Source of the DNA: Candidatus Iainarchaeum sp.
GTDB lineage: Archaea > Iainarchaeota > Iainarchaeia > Iainarchaeales > GCA-2688035
Assembly (NCBI GenBank): GCA_017610175.1
Contig: JAFCCO010000018.1
Coordinates: 1-24,211, forward strand
Reading direction: 5' to 3'
DNA: 24,211 bases
Of this stretch, positions 16,660-24,211 are shown piece after piece. Numbering within the stretch: the first letter of the stretch is position 1; each line of letters starts with the position of its first letter. A program made the translations under genes and the position numbers. Under the pieces are notes generated by a model. That model was not told where the DNA came from and searched no databases. It worked only from the letters and a program-made list of their open reading frames with translations.

Positions 16660-16721
16660 GGCAATGATGAGGTTAACACCTGCCGAGCGAAAGCTATGAA
16701 GATACAACTCAACCCTGAGCC
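16660..16721 (+). ncRNA. Archaeal box C/D 2'-O-methylation guide sRNA
   Basis: GGC/GCC terminal stem; C box ATGATGA 16664-16670; 12-nt guide GGTTAACACCTG; D' CCGA 16683-16686; GC-GAAA-GC hairpin; C' ATGAAGA 16696-16702; 12-nt guide TACAACTCAACC; D box CTGA 16715-16718; intergenic. Confidence 0.9.
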
Positions 16722-16742
16722 AAATTACTTAATTCGATTTTT

Positions 16743-17180
16743 ATGTTCGCAAACAAAAAGCTGGAAAAGATTGCAGCAGGATATGTTGCACTGCAGGCGG
16801 TTATCTGGGTAAAGGCAGCGGCATTCTTCTCAATTTTCGGGCACGGAAAGGTGTTTAGGTTTACGCGCGACCTCTTTACGCAGGATGCAATCTTCTTTGA
16901 CTACTGGTTCCACGAGGCAATGCATGTTTCAATCGGAGCGCTTGCGCTTGCGTTCGGATTCATGCTGGAGGAGCTTGAGTGGAAAAAATTTACAGGATTT
17001 GTTGGAGTTGCGGTTGTGCTCCACAACATCGGCTACTGGCTCACCGCTTCACACCCCGGAATTGAATTCAGCGCAATAGACTATGGGAAAGATGCAATCT
17101 TGCTTGCAGTGTTCGTGCTGGCAGGATACGCCATTGGGAAAATTGCGAAAAGAAGGGCTAGCGCTCAAGCCGCGATTTGA
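16743..17180 (+). CDS. Hypothetical membrane protein with HExxH motif
   Basis: About 4 hydrophobic segments; WFHEAMH and VVLHN. Confidence 0.75.
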   Translation: MFANKKLEKIAAGYVALQAVIWVKAAAFFSIFGHGKVFRFTRDLFTQDAIFFDYWFHEAMHVSIGALALAFGFMLEELEWKKFTGFVGVAVVLHNIGYWLTASHPGIEFSAIDYGKDAILLAVFVLAGYAIGKIAKRRASAQAAI

Positions 17181-17871
17181 GGAAAAGGCAGTTTTTAACT
17201 GCGTAAGCGTGGTCGTCGTTGTTGAAATAAGCAAAAACTCTTTTTGCGCGAAGCCCCCTGATTTTGCGGACCCATGCAGCAAGCTCGAAATTGCTGTATT
17301 CGGATGAATTCTTTCCGCAGTGGAAACGCACGTAAGCAAAGGGCGCAGTTTTGATGCAGGTTGAAGGGAGGTCAGGAACGGAAACACAGCAGAAAGCGAC
17401 ACCTGCACCCTTCAGCATTTGGAAGGTTGTTTCGTTGAACCAGGATTCGTGCCTGAATTCGAGCACGTTCAGGAAATCAGGATTCAAGTGTCCTAAAATT
17501 TGCGTTAATTTCTTTTCGCTGAAGTGCAGGAACGGAGGGAGTTGCCAGAGCACGGAGCCAAGCTTTTCATCGAGAACGGAAACTGTTTTGTAGAAGCGAT
17601 TCACAAGGGGCTTGCAGTTGCTGAACTTCTTCATATGCGTAATGCCCTTGTTGCCCTTGATTGTGAAAACAAAGCCGTCAGGAACCTGCCCGGCCCAGGA
17701 CAGGAGATTCTTCTTCACAGGAAAATGGTAATAGGTGTAATTGATTTCAACGCTGTTAAAGTGCTCTGCATAGAAACCAAGCCATTTGCTGCGCGGCAAA
17801 TCCTTTGGGTAAAAGCGCTTAACCCAGTGGTCGTAAACATAGCCAGAGGTTCCAAGAAAATACTTAGCCAT
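17158..17871 (-). CDS. DUF72 (YecE-family) protein
   Basis: GTSG, FYP, FNSVEINYTYY, ITH, LWQLPP, EFRHESW, YVRFH, YFNND; start 17871 or 17880. Confidence 0.95.
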   Translation of the reverse strand: MAKYFLGTSGYVYDHWVKRFYPKDLPRSKWLGFYAEHFNSVEINYTYYHFPVKKNLLSWAGQVPDGFVFTIKGNKGITHMKKFSNCKPLVNRFYKTVSVLDEKLGSVLWQLPPFLHFSEKKLTQILGHLNPDFLNVLEFRHESWFNETTFQMLKGAGVAFCCVSVPDLPSTCIKTAPFAYVRFHCGKNSSEYSNFELAAWVRKIRGLRAKRVFAYFNNDDHAYAVKNCLFLKSRLER

Positions 17872-17924
17872 AAGAAACATAATTGTGCAAAGATATATTT
17901 AGCAGTTTGCCGCATAATACTGCA

Positions 17925-18605
17925 ATGCACATCACACTAAGCTTTTCAAAGGAAGAGGCAAAGGAAGTGAAAAAAGCTTTGCGCGAGTTTCCTGCAAGGG
18001 AAACAAAGTCACAGTATGAGGCCGCGAGAACAGAGGTAAACGATTGCTCTGTGACCCTTTACACCAGCGGAAAGCTGCTAATTCAGGGCGAGAAAGCTGA
18101 AAAAACAAAGGAAAAGCTTCTACATAATTTAGGGCTTGAGGGAGAGGTTTTGCTTGGAATTGACGAGGCCGGGCGGGGGGAAAACTTTGGAATTTTAACT
18201 GTTGCCGGTGTTTGGGGCGACACAAACAAGCTGAGGGAAATTAGGGACAGCAAGAAAATGAGGGACATTCAGGCTGCCAAAAAGATTGTTTTGAGGCATG
18301 CAAAAGACCATTTTGTTGCGAAAAGAACCCCCTTTGAAATAGATAGTGCTAGAGGAAAAGGGGTCAGTTTGAACGTTATTGAGCTGGAAATGATTGCTGA
18401 AATAGTGCAGAATTTTAGGGAAAAGGGCTTTAAGGGCAGGATTCTGGTGGATGGGAAGGCCTTAATGAGCGGATTGAAGGGGCTTTGCTTTGAGCCAAAA
18501 GCGGACGACAACAACCCTGTTGTGGCTGCGGCAAGCATTCTTGCAAGGGCCGCAAGGGACGAATCGACAAATAAGAATATTAGAAAAAGCTGGAGAAACT
18601 CTTAG
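17925..18605 (+). CDS. Type-2 RNase H with N-terminal RNase HIII-like (TBP-like/DUF3378) domain and short C-terminus
   Basis: VTLYTSGKLLIQG N-domain; GIDEAGRG, IRDSKK, LVDG, KADD..PVVAAASILAR..RD. Confidence 0.85.
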   Translation: MHITLSFSKEEAKEVKKALREFPARETKSQYEAARTEVNDCSVTLYTSGKLLIQGEKAEKTKEKLLHNLGLEGEVLLGIDEAGRGENFGILTVAGVWGDTNKLREIRDSKKMRDIQAAKKIVLRHAKDHFVAKRTPFEIDSARGKGVSLNVIELEMIAEIVQNFREKGFKGRILVDGKALMSGLKGLCFEPKADDNNPVVAAASILARAARDESTNKNIRKSWRNS

Positions 18606-19075
18606 TTTTCGCGGGAACTGCCCCTGAAAACAAGGTTGTGCAGTGCCTCGTCACTAATTTTGTAGTTTTCCTTGGGCTCCTTTTCCTTTACCCCAAGATC
18701 CTTTTTTGTGTTGGCAAGGTCTTCTTTCAATGCCTCAATTTCAATTTTTGTGTTGTTCTTAAACTGCACAAAATCGTTGAGCTTCCGGCCCAAAACAGTG
18801 CCGTTAAGCTTCTTGCCCAAAAACTGCGAGCCGTTCACCTTTAAGAGAAGGTTTTCAACGCGTTCAATGCGCTTGTTGAGTTCGTCAACATTCTCCTGCT
18901 TTGCCCTGCCCTGGGCGGGAAAATGCTTGGAAGCCGATGCTGCAATCCTTGCCCGCATTTCCGATTTAACAGACTGCCTTTTGTCGGGCTCTGCCCTTGG
19001 CTTAAGCATTGAAAGCAGGGCGTTACCTAAAAGCAACGCCGTAATTAAAATGAGAAGAAAAACTGTTATCTCCAT
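18602..19075 (-). CDS. Hypothetical protein with N-terminal TM anchor and coiled coil
   Basis: Hydrophobic first 23 aa; heptad-like VDELNKRIERVENLL and IEALKEDL. Confidence 0.75.
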   Translation of the reverse strand: MEITVFLLILITALLLGNALLSMLKPRAEPDKRQSVKSEMRARIAASASKHFPAQGRAKQENVDELNKRIERVENLLLKVNGSQFLGKKLNGTVLGRKLNDFVQFKNNTKIEIEALKEDLANTKKDLGVKEKEPKENYKISDEALHNLVFRGSSREN

Positions 19076-19214
19076 CTAACCCCAAATTAATTCTTGTCAG
19101 TTAGTGTTTTTATTCCTTTTCATAAAAGCTAAGCAAAGCAATAGGTTATTAAAATTTTGTTAATCCAATAAATTAGTCCCAGAACGGGAAAAAGACTTTT
19201 TTAGTGAAATTAAC

Positions 19215-20540
19215 ATGGTTGAAGAGGCAAAAGGAAAAGAAGCGGGCAAAAAGCCGGCTGCAAAGGCAAAGAAAAAAAAGCCTGTTGCAAAAAAGGCAAA
19301 AGCCGCAGAGAAAGCAGGCACTGTTAAAACCGCTGGAAGGCCGGTGCAGGAAAAGAAAGCCGCACCCCAGGAAGCGGAGAAAAACTGGCTTGACCAGAAC
19401 AAGCTACTGGTTGCATTGGTTGCGGTTGTTGCAATTACAGCATGGCTTGCGTTCACAAGCCTGCCAACCGGACTGCCTGAAGCCAGCGTTGGCGAATTCC
19501 ACAAAGCAAGCGGAACAATTTTCACCGTGGACACGGCAGAGCGCATTAAATTTTTCCTGATTTACAGCGCGGAATGTGAAGGCTGCGAAATAGACGGTTC
19601 CTTTGTGAAACTTCTTAACAAGAACGAAATAAAGTTTTCCGCAAAAAAAATTGAGGCAAGCACAGAGGAAGGACAGGAATTCGTGAGACAATTGGGCCTC
19701 AGAAAACTCCCGGTTGCAGTAATTGACGCAACAAGCATTACCGACTCAATGAATGTTAAAAGCGATGAAAACCTCAGGTTCTCCACTGAAAGCATTAACC
19801 TCAAAATACTGCTTGACGCGTTTGTAATAAAATTCCCAAATGACACAAGTTACGACGCCGATTCACAGGCATATGTGCTTACAGAACTAAGCCTTGACGG
19901 CGCAAAGCACGTTGACTTTATTGCGGCAGACGAATGCCTACCGGAGGAAGAGGGAATGCTTGCAAGGGTTGACCTCTTTGTGGACCCATACGGCGCGCCC
20001 TTCATTAAGGCAAAGGACACACTTGACTTTTACCGCAGCATTTACAAGGACAGGATGGAATTCAATTTTAGGTACTTACCTGTTGACGCAAGCAAAACAT
20101 TCCCGCTGGACACACCGCGGGGGAACATTGAAACAATTGCAAGATACTTTGCGTGCGCAGAAAAAGAGGGAAAGCTTGAACAGGCAGAAAACGCATTCTA
20201 TGCAAGATACTGCGCATTCAACGACGACGATCTTTTGGATGCATCCGAGAGGCAGAACTGCGAGGACAGCAACCACTTTGGATTTTTGATTTCAGGGGAC
20301 GAAGCACAGGAAATTGCGGACAAGGAACTCGGGCTTGACAAGCAAGCCTTTGGCAAGTGCCTTGAAGAACTGCCTGAACAGTTCAACAACGACACATTCC
20401 TCGCAGACTACCTGCGAACCTACAGGGCACCAACTGTTGTTGTAAACTGCAATTATGCAGGGCATGTATCAAACATTGACCAGGTACTCTGCAAGTTCAA
20501 CCCTGAACTTGAGCACTGCGCTTACTTTGGCGGAGCATGA
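19215..20540 (+). CDS. Membrane-anchored thioredoxin/DsbA-like fold protein with Lys/Ala-rich N-terminal tail
   Basis: K/A-rich N-terminus, single TM, CEGC...KLPVAVI domain, second DsbA-like domain (VDLFVDPY, FRYLP, APTVVVN), many Cys. Confidence 0.7.
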   Translation: MVEEAKGKEAGKKPAAKAKKKKPVAKKAKAAEKAGTVKTAGRPVQEKKAAPQEAEKNWLDQNKLLVALVAVVAITAWLAFTSLPTGLPEASVGEFHKASGTIFTVDTAERIKFFLIYSAECEGCEIDGSFVKLLNKNEIKFSAKKIEASTEEGQEFVRQLGLRKLPVAVIDATSITDSMNVKSDENLRFSTESINLKILLDAFVIKFPNDTSYDADSQAYVLTELSLDGAKHVDFIAADECLPEEEGMLARVDLFVDPYGAPFIKAKDTLDFYRSIYKDRMEFNFRYLPVDASKTFPLDTPRGNIETIARYFACAEKEGKLEQAENAFYARYCAFNDDDLLDASERQNCEDSNHFGFLISGDEAQEIADKELGLDKQAFGKCLEELPEQFNNDTFLADYLRTYRAPTVVVNCNYAGHVSNIDQVLCKFNPELEHCAYFGGA

Positions 20541-21124
20541 ACCTCAAAAGATTTTTTGGGCGCCTGGAAATCTCTATTTTTCCCGAGGTATACGAACCAA
20601 GGGAGGACAGTTTTCTCCTCGCAAAAGCCGTTGATATGAAAAAGGGAGCAACCGTGCTTGACCTTGGATGCGGTTCGGGAATTCAGGGAATTAACGCCGC
20701 CTCAGAGGGAGCATCCCAAGTCCTTTGCGCAGACATAAACAAGCAGGCCCTAAAGTGCGCCGAATTCAACGCGCAAAACCTCGGTTTTTCCGAAACAATT
20801 GAAACAAGGGAAACAAACCTGTTCAAGGAAATTCCTGAAAGCTTTGACTGCATAATATTCAACCCGCCATACGTCCCTTCAGAAACCGTTAAACACCTTG
20901 ACACAGACGGCGGAAAAAGGGGAAGGGAGACGCTAAACCGCTTCCTGATTGAGTTTGGCGGGCACCTCAACAAGAAGGGAGTTTGCTTCTTTTTGCAAAG
21001 CAGCCTGAACGACGAGGAAATAACGAAGAAACTGCTTGAAAGACAGGGCTTTGAAACAGAGGTTACTGCAAGGGAAAAGCTTTTTTTTGAGGAACTAATT
21101 GTTTTTAAGTGTTTCAACGCTTAA
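20537..21124 (+). CDS. hemK: HemK2/PrmC-type SAM-dependent N5-glutamine methyltransferase
   Basis: VYEPREDSFLL, LDLGCGSG, FNPPY, DGG..GR, LFFEEL; ATGA overlap. Confidence 0.92.
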   Translation: MNLKRFFGRLEISIFPEVYEPREDSFLLAKAVDMKKGATVLDLGCGSGIQGINAASEGASQVLCADINKQALKCAEFNAQNLGFSETIETRETNLFKEIPESFDCIIFNPPYVPSETVKHLDTDGGKRGRETLNRFLIEFGGHLNKKGVCFFLQSSLNDEEITKKLLERQGFETEVTAREKLFFEELIVFKCFNA

Positions 21125-21131
21125 TTGTCCT

Positions 21132-22202
21132 ATGCCCTCAAATGTTTCCGTCGAATACGATCTGGCCAGAGAAAAATATGAGGAGGCAGCAACCCCTGAA
21201 ACAAAGCTGGCCTGCCTTATTGAGATGCAGCGCTTTGCACCGGCCCACAAGGGGGGCGAAAAGCTCAGGAAACACCTCAGCCAGAAAATAGCCGCACTAA
21301 GGCGTGAAATTGATAAGAGAAAGCTGCAGGAGAAAAAAGGAGCAGGGGGAAAAAGCGTTTCCGTTCCAAAAGAGGGACTGGGGCAGGTTGTGCTGGTTGG
21401 CGGGCCCAACAGCGGAAAATCAACGCTTCTAAAAGCAATTACCGGGGTAGAGGTAGAAATTGCGCCCTACAGGTTTTCAACAACAGAGCCGGTTATTGGA
21501 ATGTTTGACTACCACGGGGGAAAAATTCAGCTGGTTGAGATTCCCGCAATAGTTGAGGGAAGTTCATCAGGAAAGTTTAACGGCCCGCAGCTTCTGGCAA
21601 TTATAAGAAACGCCGATGCAGTTGTGCTTGTTGCACAAAGCAAAAACGACGGAGAGATTCTTTTGAATGAATTGAAACTCTCAGGAATTTTGCTGAACAA
21701 AACAAAACCGAATATAAAAATTGCAACAGGGAACTATAAAGGGGTTTCAATTGTCGGAAAGCAATTTTTGAAGTGCCCTGAAAAAGAGCTTGTTGATTAC
21801 TTGAAAAGTGTGGGGGTTAACAACACAAGCGTTATTCTCAACGAACCAACAACCCTTGAAACAATGTCACGCGCACTGAACGAATCGCTTGTTTACAAAA
21901 AAGCAATTATCCTTGACCCACACACTTGCCTTGAGGGCGACCTTGACAAGATAAGGGAGAGGATATTTGAACTGCTGGACATTGTTCTTGTTTACACAAA
22001 AAAGCCGGGGCGGGAAGTTGAATACAGCACGCCGCTCTCTTTGCCGCATGGAACAACTGTGGAGGATGCCGCAAAGTCATTGCACAAGGACTTTACTAAA
22101 ATGAAGTATGCAAAGCTTTGGGGAAGCAGCAAGTACGAGGGACAGCGTGTTCCAAAGGATTACGTGCTGAAGAACTTTGATGTGCTGGAGATTTACAGCT
22201 GA
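21132..22202 (+). CDS. OBG/DRG-family GTPase with C-terminal TGS domain
   Basis: MPSN..., PAHKG, GGPNSGKSTL, YRFSTT, VYTKKPG, TVEDAA..LHKDF, AKLWG..KYEGQRV; start at ATG 21132. Confidence 0.92.
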   Translation: MPSNVSVEYDLAREKYEEAATPETKLACLIEMQRFAPAHKGGEKLRKHLSQKIAALRREIDKRKLQEKKGAGGKSVSVPKEGLGQVVLVGGPNSGKSTLLKAITGVEVEIAPYRFSTTEPVIGMFDYHGGKIQLVEIPAIVEGSSSGKFNGPQLLAIIRNADAVVLVAQSKNDGEILLNELKLSGILLNKTKPNIKIATGNYKGVSIVGKQFLKCPEKELVDYLKSVGVNNTSVILNEPTTLETMSRALNESLVYKKAIILDPHTCLEGDLDKIRERIFELLDIVLVYTKKPGREVEYSTPLSLPHGTTVEDAAKSLHKDFTKMKYAKLWGSSKYEGQRVPKDYVLKNFDVLEIYS

Positions 22203-22203
22203 A

Positions 22204-23124
22204 TTATTTCAGAATCTCTTTGTCGCTTGGCAGTGTTTCAACCGTTTCACCCTTAATTTCCTTTACTTCAGGGGCTTCAAGTGGCTTTTCTTCCCTGTTT
22301 GGATTTCGCTTCAGGTACAAAGCAATTATTATCAGGACAACAATTGCAATTATTATTATCTGCAAAACCATTGCACGGTTTTGGACATCCACAAACAGTT
22401 CGCGTTCAATCGCGTGCTTTCCATTTTCATCAACAAACGAAACAAGTAAGAGAATCCTTTGCTGGCCGGAAACAATTGGGTCAACTTTAAATTCAAACTC
22501 GCGGTCAACCAAGCTTTCGCCCTCCGCAAGCAAATCAATTATAATCCTGTCACTCTTTGATTCAAATCCACGGGGCACAACAAGCTCTGCCTCAACATCG
22601 CTTATGTTGGACTGGCCCTTGTTTTTCAGAGTAACAACTACTTTGCTTCCTTCCCCAATGTCAAGGGCGCTTTTTGCAAGCCTTACCTGCACATCCAACG
22701 GGCTTTCAACTACACCCACATAAGTAACAACCGAGTGAGTGAGTATTTCAGCACCGTATCTTACAACAAAGGGCTGGTTTTCCTTTGAAAATTCCCTTGG
22801 CTTAACGTTTACAAGAATTGTTTTTGCGGCGCCGGGTTCAATCAAAGCAATCTGCTGGCTCACAACCTGTTTTGAAATAAAGTCCTCAAACAAAACAAGG
22901 GATGTGTCCTTTACTGAAATGCTAATGTTTACGTTTTCAACAGCCTCTTCGCCTGAATTTGAAACAGTAATTTCCAATACCCCGACCTCATCAGGGTAAA
23001 GTTTAAGTATTTCAAGACCGGGATCCTTTGGATAAACAGAAACAGTCAACTGGGCGGCGTTTACACCGGTAATCAAAACTGCCAGCGCGATTGCAAGAAA
23101 CAAAAACTTACTTTTCCCAGTCAT
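22204..23124 (-). CDS. Secreted, C-terminally anchored surface protein with Ig-like (CARDB/COG1361-like) domains
   Basis: Signal peptide ending VNA, two beta-rich units (ITVSNSG / VTLKNKG), C-terminal TM and charged tail. Confidence 0.75.
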   Translation of the reverse strand: MTGKSKFLFLAIALAVLITGVNAAQLTVSVYPKDPGLEILKLYPDEVGVLEITVSNSGEEAVENVNISISVKDTSLVLFEDFISKQVVSQQIALIEPGAAKTILVNVKPREFSKENQPFVVRYGAEILTHSVVTYVGVVESPLDVQVRLAKSALDIGEGSKVVVTLKNKGQSNISDVEAELVVPRGFESKSDRIIIDLLAEGESLVDREFEFKVDPIVSGQQRILLLVSFVDENGKHAIERELFVDVQNRAMVLQIIIIAIVVLIIIALYLKRNPNREEKPLEAPEVKEIKGETVETLPSDKEILK

Positions 23125-24211
23125 AGAGTGCTACTTCCTCTTCACCTTCTTCTGCCGCAACAAGTGATGAAAGCTTATCACGGTTACGCAGTGCATATAT
23201 GATTATTATTACAATAATTAATATAACCCCCCCTGTTACCAGCAAATCAGTGTTTATGGGGGCCTCCTCTTCCCTGAGGCCTGCTTCAAACACTTTCAGG
23301 GCAGAGTCCTTGCTGTCCTTGGCAAACTGTTCGGCAGAATCAAAGGAGCCGTTTTGGAAGTATGCATTTGTCTTGCTCCAGGATTCCTGCAGCTTTGAAA
23401 CATTGGCTGAGTCCCCCCAGTTGTACAGATATGATTCGTTAAGTATTAGTTCAACCAGCGATTTTAAGGAATCAACCCCCTGCATTTGGGTTTCCTCAAC
23501 AATTTCCTCATCAAAGCCGTTGATTGCAAGCCAAGCATCGCTTCTCTTTTCGCGCACACCAAGGCCCTCAACAAAATTGTCCGCCTGGTTCAGCACTGCG
23601 CGGTAGGCCTCATCTGTTTTTTCCTGCATGTTTGTTGCGCTTGTAATCTTTGAGCTTGCCTCCCTCAATCTCTGCGGCTCTGTTGCCAAGCCGTTAAGAC
23701 TTCTCTTTGTGTCAATGGGAAGGTCTGTTTGTGCTATTCCCTGCCCCAGCTGATCCAAATCAGCGATATAATCCGACTTCTTTGAGTTCAACCGCTCAAA
23801 AAGCAAAAACGTGCGGTCAAGCTCTGTGATGAAATCACTAAGCCCGTTTGTGTCAGGGTCTGAAAAAAACTCGGTCTCCTCGGCCTTAAGGTCACTTATT
23901 TGCATTGCCACATCGGCAGATAAGGGGGCAAGGTCATCCAACTGGTCCTTAAGGTCGTCAGCCATTATTCTAAGCGACGGATATTCCTCTAGCTCGGATT
24001 CAATTGTTGTAAGGTCAACAACCTTTTCGTTCTTCAAATCGATTGCAAGGGCGTTGAAAAAATCAATGTTTGCATTTGAAAAAACCCAGATTCCCTGCTG
24101 GGAAAAGTCGGTTTTAAGCTTGTCATAGAGGCGCAGGTAGTGCGCTGTTTTGATAAGCTGCTTTCTGGCAAGCTTTCCCGAAGCAAGCTCGATTTTCTTT
24201 GCATCCTTTAC
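23108..24211 (-). CDS. Hypothetical acidic helical surface protein with C-terminal TM; 5' end outside window
   Basis: The frame remains open from 24037 to the window end (VKDAKKIELAS...LAIDLKNEK); C-terminal GGVILIIVIIIIYAL-RNR anchor. Confidence 0.8.
   Translation of the reverse strand, partial: VKDAKKIELASGKLARKQLIKTAHYLRLYDKLKTDFSQQGIWVFSNANIDFFNALAIDLKNEKVVDLTTIESELEEYPSLRIMADDLKDQLDDLAPLSADVAMQISDLKAEETEFFSDPDTNGLSDFITELDRTFLLFERLNSKKSDYIADLDQLGQGIAQTDLPIDTKRSLNGLATEPQRLREASSKITSATNMQEKTDEAYRAVLNQADNFVEGLGVREKRSDAWLAINGFDEEIVEETQMQGVDSLKSLVELILNESYLYNWGDSANVSKLQESWSKTNAYFQNGSFDSAEQFAKDSKDSALKVFEAGLREEEAPINTDLLVTGGVILIIVIIIIYALRNRDKLSSLVAAEEGEEEVALYDWEK

Larger units (their letters stand above)
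7928..16679. mobile_element. Candidate genomic island (about 8.7 kb) bounded by 22-bp direct repeats, integrated at a box C/D sRNA gene
   Basis: Flanking direct repeats, one part of an intact RNA gene and the other truncated; accessory transport/resistance cargo with pseudogenes; no integrase seen. Confidence 0.55.

Noticed and set aside
16660-16721. Hammerhead ribozyme or fluoride riboswitch reading of the ATGATGA...CGAAA region
   Set aside because: No CUGANGA core with matching stems and no crcB-motif pairing; the C/D box architecture explains every element
17312-17327. ORB-like TTTCCGCAGTGGAAAC
   Set aside because: Single copy inside the DUF72 coding region (RFHCGK on the minus strand); no cdc6/orc1 gene or unwinding element nearby
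435-24128. Numerous antisense or alternate-frame ORFs in the track (e.g. 435-824, 3853-4494, 14094-14570, 15637-16308, 22220-22723)
   Set aside because: Shadows of well-supported genes, with no recognisable motifs
1-24211. CRISPR array, tRNA/rRNA, integrase or transposase
   Set aside because: No regularly spaced repeats, cloverleaf or recombinase/transposase motifs found by inspection

Overview
Archaeal DNA, shown by TBP, TATA-box promoters about 25-30 nt upstream of start codons, a HemK2-type methyltransferase, a DRG-like GTPase and a box C/D sRNA. A DPANN-type host (e.g. Iainarchaeota/Diapherotrites) is my impression only. The window has three parts. (i) 1-893: tbp coupled to a small Zn-finger ORF missed by the ORF track. 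(ii) About 1.0-16.6 kb: an accessory, partly eroded ion/metal-homeostasis region (CBS protein, broken Kef-type antiporter, NikR-family regulator facing znuA-C-B, DUF5320 relic, family-4 UDG, degenerate MBL hydrolase, ZIP fragment, DrrAB-type ABC exporter, CPA2 antiporter, P2A ATPase, arsR-arsP-thioredoxin, two more small Zn-ribbon ORFs). (iii) From about 16.66 kb: an intact core-like block (box C/D sRNA, HExxH membrane protein, DUF72, RNase HII/HIII-like hybrid, DsbA-like protein, HemK2, DRG GTPase, surface proteins). The most notable signal is an unannotated canonical box C/D guide RNA at 16660-16721. Its promoter and 5' end are duplicated 8,730 bp upstream (22-bp perfect core), bracketing an 8.7-kb cargo block like attL/attR sites. 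This suggests a genomic island integrated into a C/D sRNA gene. No integrase is visible in the window, so the island interpretation is inference.
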